The notes beneath the pieces were generated by a model. It saw only the letters and a list, made by a program, of their open reading frames with translations, was not told the origin of the DNA and made no database searches. Below are positions 1 through 10,214 of a stretch of DNA of 15,772 bases, piece by piece. Position 1 is the stretch's first letter; each line of letters opens with the position of its first letter. This stretch comes from Verrucomicrobiota bacterium. Its GTDB lineage: Bacteria; Verrucomicrobiota; Verrucomicrobiia; Limisphaerales; SXQI01. Both the position numbers and the translations under genes were made by a program. The DNA lies in assembly GCA_033762115.1 (NCBI GenBank), contig JANRLX010000061.1, forward strand, positions 1 through 15,772, given 5' to 3'.

Positions 1-2
1 TG

Positions 3-1247
3 GATTGGATCCTGGATGAATTTAAAAAAGAGCAGGGGATGGATCTCCGCAAGCAACCGGATGCTCTCCAGCGAATCAAGGAGGAGGCTGAAAAGGCCAA
101 GATCGCTCTTTCGAGTTCGCAGCAATACGATATTAACCTGCCGTTTATTACAGCTGATGCGAGCGGACCGAAGCATATCAGCATGAAACTTTCGCGAGCA
201 AAGCTGGAACAGCTTTGTGATGATCTGTTTGAACGGACGATTGTGCCCACCAAGGCATGCTTGAAGGATGCAGGAGTCAGCACTGATAAAATTGATGAAC
301 TGGTCCTCGTTGGTGGCATGACACGGATGCCTCGCGTGGTTGAAACCGCTCGCACTTTGGTCAACAAAACACCGCATCAGGGTGTTAATCCGGACGAAGT
401 GGTTGCGGTCGGTGCGGCCATCCAGGGCGGTGTGCTGAAAGGTGATGTCAAAGATGTCCTGCTTTTGGATGTGACGCCACTTTCCCTCGGAATCGAAACC
501 CTGGGTGGTGTTTTCACTCGTTTAATCGAGCGGAATACAACAATCCCCACTCGGAAATCGGAAATTTTCTCGACGGCATCGGATAACCAACCCGGGGTTG
601 AAATCCATGTTCTTCAGGGCGAACGCCAGTTCTCAAAAGACAACAAGACCATCGGAAAATTTCACCTGACCGACTTGCCTCCCGCTCCTCGCGGGGTGCC
701 GCAAATCGAAGTCACGTTCGATATCGATGCCAACGGCATCCTGAATGTCAGCGCAAAAGATCTCGGCACTGGTAAAGAGCAGAAAATTACCATTACCGCC
801 AGCAGCGGCCTCACCAAGGAAGAGATCGAAAGAATGCGCAAAGATGCGGAAGCTCATGCCGACGAGGATAAGAAGCAGAAGGAAGAGGTCGAAACACGCA
901 ACGAAGCTGACAACGCAGTGTATCGCTCGGAGAAAATGCTCAAGGAAAGTGGAGATAAACTTTCCGGGAATGACAAGAGCAAGATCGAAAAAGCGGTCGC
1001 TGATGTCAAAGAAGCTTTAAAAAGCAATGACATTGCAGGCATTAAAGCTGCCAGTGAAAAATTGAATGAAGCCTGGCAGGCGGCTTCAGCAGAGCTTTAT
1101 AAGCAGGCCCAACAAGGCCAGGGTGGCGGGCCCCAATCTGGCCCTGCCGGTGGTGGCCAGACCCGCACAGAAACAAACAATAGTGGTGGAAGCAAGGATG
1201 AAGGCCCGATCATTGACGCGGAAGTGGTCGATGAGAAGAAGGGGTAA
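3..1247 (+). CDS. dnaK: Molecular chaperone DnaK (Hsp70), 5'-truncated by the window edge
   Basis: The frame is open from position 3 ([12 protein letters not shown] then MDLRK), so the ATG at 39 is internal. Hsp70 motifs: [23 protein letters not shown], linker [37 protein letters not shown] and C-terminal IDAEVVDE. Confidence 0.98.
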   Translation, partial: DWILDEFKKEQGMDLRKQPDALQRIKEEAEKAKIALSSSQQYDINLPFITADASGPKHISMKLSRAKLEQLCDDLFERTIVPTKACLKDAGVSTDKIDELVLVGGMTRMPRVVETARTLVNKTPHQGVNPDEVVAVGAAIQGGVLKGDVKDVLLLDVTPLSLGIETLGGVFTRLIERNTTIPTRKSEIFSTASDNQPGVEIHVLQGERQFSKDNKTIGKFHLTDLPPAPRGVPQIEVTFDIDANGILNVSAKDLGTGKEQKITITASSGLTKEEIERMRKDAEAHADEDKKQKEEVETRNEADNAVYRSEKMLKESGDKLSGNDKSKIEKAVADVKEALKSNDIAGIKAASEKLNEAWQAASAELYKQAQQGQGGGPQSGPAGGGQTRTETNNSGGSKDEGPIIDAEVVDEKKG

Positions 1248-1359
1248 TTACTTCGTTAGCCAAAACCAGGTTGTTCCGCTGGACAGCCTATAAATTTTCC
1301 CGCGCGCGAGTGCGGCGGGATTTGATTCAGTAGCATCAAACAAAAATAGAATAAGCATT

Positions 1360-1653
1360 ATGGCAATTAACATCAGACCGCTCGGTGACCGCATTCTTGT
1401 GGAAGCAGCCGAGGAAAAAGAAACAAAAAAGGGTGGTATCATCATCCCCGATACCGCCAAGGAAAAGCCCATGGAAAGCGTTGTGATCGCGTTGGGCACT
1501 GGAAAAACTGACGACAACGGCAAGAAGGTTCCTTTCGAAGTGAAGAAAGGGGACCGGGTTCTCGTAAGCAAATATGGTGGCACTGAAATCAAGCTGGATG
1601 GCCGGGAATACAAAATTCTCAATGCCGACGATATCCTCGCTGTGATTGAATAA
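1360..1653 (+). CDS. groES: Co-chaperonin GroES
   Basis: 97 aa with [10 protein letters not shown], mobile loop [32 protein letters not shown] and terminal DILAVIE. Confidence 0.98.
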   Translation: MAINIRPLGDRILVEAAEEKETKKGGIIIPDTAKEKPMESVVIALGTGKTDDNGKKVPFEVKKGDRVLVSKYGGTEIKLDGREYKILNADDILAVIE

Positions 1654-1677
1654 CTCTCAAAAACTCTCTTAACCTGA

Positions 1678-3321
<1,644 letters not shown>

Positions 3322-3380
3322 TCCAGTAATGCACACGGAAGGAGCATGCCTCCTTCTGAAGACTGGATGGGAGGAACTGG

Positions 3381-3415
3381 ATGGGCTGTCGAGAAATCGG
3401 CAGCCCATTTTTTTT
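3381..3415 (+). terminator. Rho-independent terminator of the dnaK-groES-groEL transcript
   Basis: ATGGGCTGTCGA-GAAA-TCGGCAGCCCAT forms a 12-bp stem (one G-U pair) with a GAAA tetraloop. It runs into a T8 tract (3408-3415) about 60 nt after the groEL stop. Confidence 0.9.
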
Positions 3416-5441
3416 AACCAATCCCGGATCGAATGCTATCGAAGAGGCTTTTCCCTGTGGCAACCTGCACCGGCTGGCTGGCTTTCTCATCTCCATCCTG
3501 GATTAAATCCTTCGGAAGCTCCTGGAGAAAAGGGGAAGGGTGGCAGGGGAATATCTGGCCATATTTTTTGCGACCGGAGCAATGGGTAACTGTGAGTCCC
3601 TGCATGGCCCTGGTAATGGCCACATAGAATAGACGACGTTCTTCGTCCAAAGTGCCTTCCACCTTGGAACGGGTGTGCGGAAGCAGGCCATCTTCAAGCC
3701 CGACGATATATACGTAGGGATACTCAAGGCCCTTGCAACTGTGCATTGTGATTAAGGTCACCGCATCACCGCTCAATTCCTTGTCCTCTTCTCTTTCATT
3801 ATCGAGAGTGATCTCTTCAAGAAAAGTGGCGATTCGCTCAGCAGGCGATCCGGTGACCGGCTCGGATTCGTCCAGATCAACCAATAAATCCTTTAGGTTC
3901 TGGATGCGGTTTTCTGCGGCGGCTGCCTCCTTTTCACTTCGACGCAATTCGTTGATATATCCTGTTTCATCCAGAAATTTGTTTGCCCACGCAGAAAGTT
4001 GCAGGCCGGGAGCCTGAAGGGCAGCGCTGTGACGCGCAATCAAATCGAGAAAGGCGACGATACTTTCCTGGGTTTTTGAAAGAAACCCAACCTGAACCAG
4101 CGGATTTTTCATCGCTTCATATACGGAACACTGCCGTTCCTGGCTTGCCGCGAGCAGTCGTTCCATTGTGGTATCGCTCAAGCCGCGCGCTGGAACATTC
4201 GCGATTCGAAGGAGGCTGATGTCATCCCTCGGATTTAAAAAGGTTCGGAGGTAAGCAAGAAAATCCTTTACCTCCCGCCGATCAAAATAGCTTTGCCCAC
4301 CAATCAGGTGGTAACGCACCCCGCTCTTTCGAAGAGCAGTTTCAATAGGTCTTGATTGAAGATTTGTTCGAAACAGGATTGCCTGGTCGCCCCAGGGAAT
4401 TCGATTGGCAATCCGCTTGTACTCGATCTCCTCGACAATCGTGCGGGCTTCCTCTTCATCATCCTGAAAATTGTGAAGAGTGATTTTTACGCCGTGTCCT
4501 TTTTGCGACCAGAGCTGTTTGCCCCGTCTTCGCACATTGTTTTTTATCACCGCATTGGCAGCTGTCAGAATAGTATTCGTGGATCGGTAATTTTGCTCAA
4601 GCTTGATGATTTTTACTTCAGGAAAATGCTTTTCAAGGTCGAGCAGGTTGGCGATCTCAGCCCCTCGCCATCCATAGATGCTCTGGTCATCATCTCCCAC
4701 AACGCAAAAATTGCGATGTTCCGAAGTCAACGCATGAATGAGTTGAAACTGCGCATTGTTAGTATCCTGATACTCATCAACCATGACGTAGGCGTACTTT
4801 GCGCGGCAGGCTTCGAGCGCATCCGGGTGCTCTTTAAAAAGCCGCAACGTGAGCAGAATCAGGTCATCAAAATCGACGGCATTGCAGGCATGCAAGGCGG
4901 ATTCATAACGGCGTTGCACATGCAAGGCGAGCGCACGCACATTGGGATCACCAAAAGAGGGATTGTCCTGGCCGCCGTTTTTGAATCGGCTCAACATTCC
5001 GAGAATGGCTTTCGCATCCACCTTTTCAGCTTTGCCGTTACTAAAACTGCTCAAGACCTTCTTGATGGCCCCGAGCTGTTCGGACTCGCTGTAGATCACA
5101 AAATTTCGTTTATAGCCGAGTTTTTCGATGTGTTGCCGTAAAATCCGGACACATAAAGAATGGAAGGTGCAGATTGTTGGACGTTCCTCTTTTTGGCCTT
5201 CCTCCAGTTTTCGCTTTGGAATAATCTCACGTACCCGTTGCTGCATCTCTTTTGCAGCTTTGTTGGTGAAAGTGACAGCAAGAATCCTTCCTGGATCAAT
5301 CCCCTTTGAAATCATGTGGGCAATCCGAAAAGTGATAACACGGGTTTTCCCGGTCCCGGCACCTGCGAGAATCAGCACAGGGCCTTTGATCGTTTCAACC
5401 GCAAGCCTTTGCTGGGGATTGAGGGAATTCAAATTCACCAT
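3414..5441 (-). CDS. ATP-dependent SF1A DNA helicase, UvrD/PcrA/Rep family (Rep-like architecture)
   Basis: 675 aa with AGAGTGKT (I), VTFTNKAAKEM (Ia), TFHSL, VDEYQDTN (II), VGDDDQSIYGWRGA (III), LEQNYRST (IV), TMHSCKGLEY (V) and EERRLFYVAITRA (VI). Confidence 0.95.
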   Translation of the reverse strand: MVNLNSLNPQQRLAVETIKGPVLILAGAGTGKTRVITFRIAHMISKGIDPGRILAVTFTNKAAKEMQQRVREIIPKRKLEEGQKEERPTICTFHSLCVRILRQHIEKLGYKRNFVIYSESEQLGAIKKVLSSFSNGKAEKVDAKAILGMLSRFKNGGQDNPSFGDPNVRALALHVQRRYESALHACNAVDFDDLILLTLRLFKEHPDALEACRAKYAYVMVDEYQDTNNAQFQLIHALTSEHRNFCVVGDDDQSIYGWRGAEIANLLDLEKHFPEVKIIKLEQNYRSTNTILTAANAVIKNNVRRRGKQLWSQKGHGVKITLHNFQDDEEEARTIVEEIEYKRIANRIPWGDQAILFRTNLQSRPIETALRKSGVRYHLIGGQSYFDRREVKDFLAYLRTFLNPRDDISLLRIANVPARGLSDTTMERLLAASQERQCSVYEAMKNPLVQVGFLSKTQESIVAFLDLIARHSAALQAPGLQLSAWANKFLDETGYINELRRSEKEAAAAENRIQNLKDLLVDLDESEPVTGSPAERIATFLEEITLDNEREEDKELSGDAVTLITMHSCKGLEYPYVYIVGLEDGLLPHTRSKVEGTLDEERRLFYVAITRAMQGLTVTHCSGRKKYGQIFPCHPSPFLQELPKDLIQDGDEKASQPVQVATGKSLFDSIRSGIG

Positions 5442-5450
5442 CGGGGGCGG

Positions 5451-5478
5451 AATATAGAACCATGAAGATCAAACGCAA
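5451..5478 (-). promoter_or_regulatory. Candidate sigma70-type promoter for the helicase gene
   Basis: The minus strand reads TTGCGT-N16-TATATT-CCGCCCCCG-ATG, with no Shine-Dalgarno between the -10 and the start. Confidence 0.5.
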
Positions 5479-5538
5479 GCAGAAGGTCACATTTTCCGAT
5501 CAGATGCCTGGAAAAAAGCAACATCATCAACCAATTGC

Positions 5539-6681
5539 TCACTCCTCTCCCATCCAGTTTTGCGGTTCAGGCGCATTGTCACTGGCCACTTCAGCGCGTA
5601 TTTCGGGTAGTGTGGATGAAGCGATAAAACCATTCCTTTCAGCATGCTCAGCAACATCAAAGCTGTCCTTCACAAGGAGCATCGGACATCCATTTTTTGA
5701 AGCTTCGATTGCCAAATGACGAATTTCTTTATCACGATTCTCAGGTGAAACATCCCGGATGTAAACGCCCTGAATCCTTCCCGGAAATTCCTTAAGGACT
5801 TCAGAATATACTTCAGGATCATGCTGGCCGCTATCACCCATCAAAATAAACGGAAGGTTGGGATAAAATGAGAAAACCTTTCGAATTTGCTTTAATTTAT
5901 GGCTGGAATGACTGGCCATCATCAATTGGTCATTTTTTAACCCGAAATCCTGCAACATGATAGGACCTAGGGGAATTCCATTGAGTTCCATAAAATCGTT
6001 CAGCAAATCGTGAAAATTCCAGGGGCCGCTTGAGATGTAGAAAATCGGGTTGGCGGCTTCCGATGATCCCTGGACCAATGCCCTGTAAAGCGCAGCAACA
6101 CCAGGAAAAGGCAACCGACTTTGCGCATTATTAAGGAAAACTGTTCTGGCCATTTTGTGAAGACTGGTCGCGTGCGTTTGCACGATCGTATCGTCGATGT
6201 CGCTGATCATGCCAAAGGCAGCTTGCGCGGAAGGAATCAATACCCTGGCTTGCGTGCCAGCCTGCAGTTCGTTGTGAGCGAGCCTAAGTTCAACTGTATG
6301 CCACGGTCCTGTTCCCGAGAGCGATGGCTTTTCAATGGAAAATTGAAAAAAGCCTTCTTCATCACTTGTTGAATGATACTCCCGCTGGGCAGCCCGCAGG
6401 ATCACGTCGATTCCCGGAGCTTCGTTGCTTGCCAGGCGGGTGTACATATCGCGAACCACTTTCCAGATGGATTCCTGCTCGTATCGTGAGGGAAGAGATG
6501 AGGATTTGCGGAGTACCCGACCCATTAAGGAAAACGCCTGTTCGTTACCGAACCCAATAAAAGGGGTTAATCTTAAATCATGGAACCTGGCTGTTCGGCG
6601 GGCAAGTCGCTGACGTAATCGATCAAGCCGCTCCTCGACAGTGGAACCTGCCATTGCGAGAGCTTTCTCCCATGATTTCAT
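5539..6681 (-). CDS. App1-family (DUF2183) HAD-like phosphatidate phosphatase-type protein
   Basis: 380 aa with DxDxT motif ISDIDDTI, then PFPGVAALYRAL, FYISSGPWN, HKLKQI and FILMGDSGQHDPEVY..IYIRDV-like motifs (here VYIRDV), typical of the App1 catalytic domain. Confidence 0.85.
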   Translation of the reverse strand: MKSWEKALAMAGSTVEERLDRLRQRLARRTARFHDLRLTPFIGFGNEQAFSLMGRVLRKSSSLPSRYEQESIWKVVRDMYTRLASNEAPGIDVILRAAQREYHSTSDEEGFFQFSIEKPSLSGTGPWHTVELRLAHNELQAGTQARVLIPSAQAAFGMISDIDDTIVQTHATSLHKMARTVFLNNAQSRLPFPGVAALYRALVQGSSEAANPIFYISSGPWNFHDLLNDFMELNGIPLGPIMLQDFGLKNDQLMMASHSSHKLKQIRKVFSFYPNLPFILMGDSGQHDPEVYSEVLKEFPGRIQGVYIRDVSPENRDKEIRHLAIEASKNGCPMLLVKDSFDVAEHAERNGFIASSTLPEIRAEVASDNAPEPQNWMGEE

Positions 6682-6687
6682 GCAACG

Positions 6688-6696
6688 ATAGTATCA
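6688..6696 (-). promoter_or_regulatory. Candidate extended -10 promoter, leaderless, for the App1-family gene
   Basis: The minus strand reads TG-A-TACTAT-CGTTGC-ATG: TGn plus a 5/6 match to TATAAT-like TANNNT positions, 6 nt before the ATG. Confidence 0.55.
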
Positions 6697-6731
6697 GGTC
6701 GGGCAGAGAAGCGGGAGCTTTACCAATGAGC

Positions 6732-8087
6732 TTACTCGTAACGCAGGGCCTGGATGGGATGGAGCCGCGCGGCTTTAAATGCAGGAAATATCCCTGCAAT
6801 CACACCCACCGAAGCACTGAACGCAACAGCGATCAACATGGCTTCCGGCGTGATTTGCGGGGTGTTTCCTGTTGGAGTGATTAAAGCGAGAATATGCACC
6901 AGACCGTAAGAAGCGGCCAGACCAGCCAAAGCTCCAATGAGTGAAATCACCACGCTTTCCACGAGAATTTGTGTGAATATTGCGGGTCCCGTGGCACCGA
7001 CCGCCTTGCATATCCCGATTTCCCGGATGCGTTCATTGATGCTGGCAAACATGATATTCATGATCCCGATTCCCCCCACCAGGAGGCTGATTGCGGCAAT
7101 AATTCCTCCACTTATTCGGGCGTTTTTGATTTGATTATTGATACTATCAAGTTGGTTTTCCTGCGTCCGAAAACCAAAATCCTCGATCCCCCTATGAGTT
7201 AGCATCAGCACATTTCGAGCTTGCTGGAGAGCAGGCTCCAGCAAGCTCAAATCCGCAACTTTAAGATCGACATCAGAGAGGCGAGGATCGGGCAATCCAT
7301 TGGTTCCAGTTGCGGAGCGGAATTTCACCCACATCGTATTCAAAGGAATATAAAGCGTCTCATTCTTGCGGCGAAACGCCCAATTTCCCCGCCCACCCCA
7401 TCCACGCATCCGCTGTGGCCCCACCTGTTGCTCTGGTGGTTTATTTTTGGCGATCAGGCGCTGCTTGCGGTCCTGCTCGCTTTCATAATGCTGGAACATA
7501 CCAACAATCGTGAATGACTGGCCGTTGATCAGGATATCCTCCCCGATGGGAATGATTTCGTAACCGATCTTTTCCGGGGAGCCAAAGAGTGCATCCCGCA
7601 AACCGGTTCCAATCACACAGACACTATTGGCATTTTCTTCATCAAACTCGTTGAAAAATCGTCCATGCTCTACAGTATGAAGGTTCATATCCAGGACAGC
7701 AGGCCATACTCCAACACATTCCGAAGGGCTTGCGTAATTAGTGCCCCTGGACACAAGACAATCATCCAATTGCATTTCAGGGGAAACCAGTCGGAGCAGG
7801 GGAGCACTCTCCTTTAAAGCGATGACATCGTACATCGTGCGTCCTGGCGCCTGGTCGGCCAGATGCTCCTGATCAGCCGGAACATCCTGGTCATCCAGCA
7901 GCACCTTGTCAGCACCGCCCATTGCGACCATGGTTTCCCGCATTCCGTTCTCCATCCCTTTGACCAGGGCCGCCATTCCAACAAGGCTGGCAACGCCCAG
8001 AATGATTCCAAGCATGGTCAGGAGCGATCGAAATTTATGGGCCCAGATTTCCTTGAACCCAACCAGGATTGTATTGAGAAGGTTCAT
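6732..8087 (-). CDS. MacB/FtsX-family ABC transporter permease (paralog 2)
   Basis: 451 aa with N-terminal RSLLTMLGIILGV TM1, a large periplasmic domain (GRFF, VCVIG, FTIVG), then ISLLVGGIGIMNIM..ERIREIGI.KAVGA and terminal PAFKAARLHPIQALRYE. Confidence 0.93.
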   Translation of the reverse strand: MNLLNTILVGFKEIWAHKFRSLLTMLGIILGVASLVGMAALVKGMENGMRETMVAMGGADKVLLDDQDVPADQEHLADQAPGRTMYDVIALKESAPLLRLVSPEMQLDDCLVSRGTNYASPSECVGVWPAVLDMNLHTVEHGRFFNEFDEENANSVCVIGTGLRDALFGSPEKIGYEIIPIGEDILINGQSFTIVGMFQHYESEQDRKQRLIAKNKPPEQQVGPQRMRGWGGRGNWAFRRKNETLYIPLNTMWVKFRSATGTNGLPDPRLSDVDLKVADLSLLEPALQQARNVLMLTHRGIEDFGFRTQENQLDSINNQIKNARISGGIIAAISLLVGGIGIMNIMFASINERIREIGICKAVGATGPAIFTQILVESVVISLIGALAGLAASYGLVHILALITPTGNTPQITPEAMLIAVAFSASVGVIAGIFPAFKAARLHPIQALRYE

Positions 8088-8090
8088 GGA

Positions 8091-9473
8091 TCAATCATAT
8101 CGCAGCGCCTGAATCGGGTGCAGACGGGATGCTTTCACCGCAGGCACGAGTCCAGCCAAAATCCCGATCAACACACTAAAGCCAAAAGCCATTAGCATGG
8201 CTGTAGCTGTAATCACCGGAGTATTATCTGTCGGGGCAAGGGCGCTGATGGTTTGGACCAGAATGTAGGAAGTAGCGAGTCCGGCCAGGCCACCAATGAC
8301 TGAAATCACGGTGCTCTCGATCAAAATCTGAGAAAAAATATCAAAAGTGGTGGCACCCACGGATTTTCGGATGCCGATCTCACGGACTCTCTCGGAAATA
8401 CTCGCCAGCATGATGTTCATGATCCCGATGCCTCCCACAAGGAGGCTGATCCCGGCAATCATTCCGCCACTTAACCGGGCGTTCTGGATGAAAACGCGGA
8501 TATTTTCCGCCCATTCCTCCTGTGTCCTGAATGTAAAATCTTCAATCCCTTTATGAGTGGAGAAGAGGACATTGTAGATTTGTTGAATTGCGGGAGCCAA
8601 GTGGTCAAAATCAGAAATTTTTACTTCCAGGGTGGTGAGGCGAGGGTCGGCCACTGTGCTTGCTGCTTCACCACGTCCGCCGCTTGCTCCTGCGGAGCGT
8701 AATTTGATCCACATTGTGTTCAAAGGGACATAAACAGTGGCGTTTTTCAGCCAAAAAACGAAATTGCTGCCATTTCTCCGATTACCGCCACGACTTCGCT
8801 CAGGGCCGGTTTTTTGTTGTTTTGGCACAAGAGCTTCTATTTCCTTGCGTTTCCGATCCTGCTCGCTCTCATAATGCTTGAACATTCCGATGATCGTGAA
8901 CGGCTGATTATTGATATAAACTGTTTCACCGAGGGGAATGATTTCATGCCCCACATCCTCCGGGGCGCCAAACAGTTCATCGCGCGTAGCTGTTCCTATC
9001 ACGCAAACATTTCGCGCCATTTCATCGTCCAGTTCATTAAACATTCTCCCATGCTCGATGACATGTTCATTCAATTCAGCAGCAATGGGCCAGACACCAA
9101 CAGTCATGAATGGGCGGAACGATTCACCCTTTGCTGAAATTGTGCCGCGCATCAGCCGCATTTCTGGAGAAAGCTTTTCCACAAGTGGGGCACTGGCTTC
9201 CAATGCGTAAACATCATTGATGGTGATTCCGGGGGACTGGTCCCTGAGATGCCGTTGTTCAGGAGGGACGTCCTGGGGTTCAATCCTGATCTTTTCCAGC
9301 CCGCCAATCGCGATCAGCGCTTCCTTCATGCCGTTCTCCATGCCTTTGACCAGGGCAGACATGGCGATCAGGCTGGAAACGCCCAGAATGATTCCGAGCA
9401 TGGTCAAAAGAGATCGGAATTTATGAGCCCAAATCTCCTTAAGACTGAGAAGGATGGCGCTCCAGAAATTCAT
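8091..9473 (-). CDS. MacB/FtsX-family ABC transporter permease (paralog 1)
   Basis: 460 aa with the same architecture: RSLLTMLGIILGV, ISLLVGGIGIMNIMLASISERVREIGIRKSVGA and PAVKASRLHPIQALRYD. Its start overlaps the ATPase stop (ATGA at 9470-9473). Confidence 0.93.
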   Translation of the reverse strand: MNFWSAILLSLKEIWAHKFRSLLTMLGIILGVSSLIAMSALVKGMENGMKEALIAIGGLEKIRIEPQDVPPEQRHLRDQSPGITINDVYALEASAPLVEKLSPEMRLMRGTISAKGESFRPFMTVGVWPIAAELNEHVIEHGRMFNELDDEMARNVCVIGTATRDELFGAPEDVGHEIIPLGETVYINNQPFTIIGMFKHYESEQDRKRKEIEALVPKQQKTGPERSRGGNRRNGSNFVFWLKNATVYVPLNTMWIKLRSAGASGGRGEAASTVADPRLTTLEVKISDFDHLAPAIQQIYNVLFSTHKGIEDFTFRTQEEWAENIRVFIQNARLSGGMIAGISLLVGGIGIMNIMLASISERVREIGIRKSVGATTFDIFSQILIESTVISVIGGLAGLATSYILVQTISALAPTDNTPVITATAMLMAFGFSVLIGILAGLVPAVKASRLHPIQALRYD

Positions 9474-10204
9474 GATTCATGGGCAGCCGCTGAAATTGGG
9501 GCAACTCTGTCCAACCCGGAAAGTTTTGGATCAACCTTTACGGAGACGCGACCATCACGAATTTCAATCCGCCTAGGGGTGCGGGCGGCAATTTCAGGAT
9601 CGTGAGTCACCAGAATGATCGTCCTTCCCTCGCTGCTGAGTTTTTCAAAAAGGGTCAGGATTGCCTCGCCAGTGTGTGAATCAAGATTGCCGGTTGGTTC
9701 GTCTGCAAAAATAATCCGAGGGTTGTTTACCAATGCCCTGGCAATGGCCACCCTTTGTTGCTGACCGCCTGAAAGCTGGCTTGGGCGATGCTTGCTGCGG
9801 TTTTCAAGGCCAACCATCCTTAATGCCTCCATGCCGCGTTCGCGTCGTTCCTTGCCGCTGGTTCCACTATAGATCATTGGCAACTCGACATTCTGCAGGA
9901 CGTTGAGTTTTGGAAGCAGATTGAAAAACTGGAAAACAAAACCGATCTTTCTATTTCGAATGGCAGCCAGTTCTTTGGCTGAAGCCTTTTCAATCATGGT
10001 TCCGTCCAGTTGGATCGTTCCGCTGCTCGGAGAATCCAGGCAGCCCAGGATATGCATCAAGGTTGATTTGCCGCTTCCCGAAGGACCGATGATCGAAATG
10101 AATTCTCCTGGCTCAATATCGAGGGAAACACCATCCAAAGCCCGGATTTCTTCACCACCGAGGTGATAAATCTTTCGAATATCGCGCAGTTCGACCAATG
10201 CCAT
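9470..10204 (-). CDS. ABC transporter ATP-binding protein, MacB/LolD family
   Basis: Walker A GPSGSGKST, IGFVFQFFNLLP, signature LSGGQQQRVAIARAL, Walker B IIFADEPTGNLD and VTHD. I reassigned the start to ATG 10204 (MALVELRDIRKIY, 244 aa) because the longer ORF overlaps the adaptor gene. Confidence 0.95.
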   Translation of the reverse strand: MALVELRDIRKIYHLGGEEIRALDGVSLDIEPGEFISIIGPSGSGKSTLMHILGCLDSPSSGTIQLDGTMIEKASAKELAAIRNRKIGFVFQFFNLLPKLNVLQNVELPMIYSGTSGKERRERGMEALRMVGLENRSKHRPSQLSGGQQQRVAIARALVNNPRIIFADEPTGNLDSHTGEAILTLFEKLSSEGRTIILVTHDPEIAARTPRRIEIRDGRVSVKVDPKLSGLDRVAPISAAAHES

Positions 10205-10214
10205 GTGCTGAGGA

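Noticed and set aside
1248..1359. CIRCE (HrcA operator) upstream of groES, prompted by GAGTGC at 1308-1313
   Set aside because: There is no matching left arm TTAGCACTC 9 nt upstream, and the bases are better explained by a hairpin.
4356..5141. 261-aa + strand ORF
   Set aside because: It lies wholly antisense to the conserved helicase and has no recognisable motifs, so it is a shadow ORF.
5462..5719. 85-aa + strand ORF starting in the helicase-App1 spacer
   Set aside because: It mostly overlaps the App1 gene antisense, has no RBS or motif, and covers the candidate helicase promoter.
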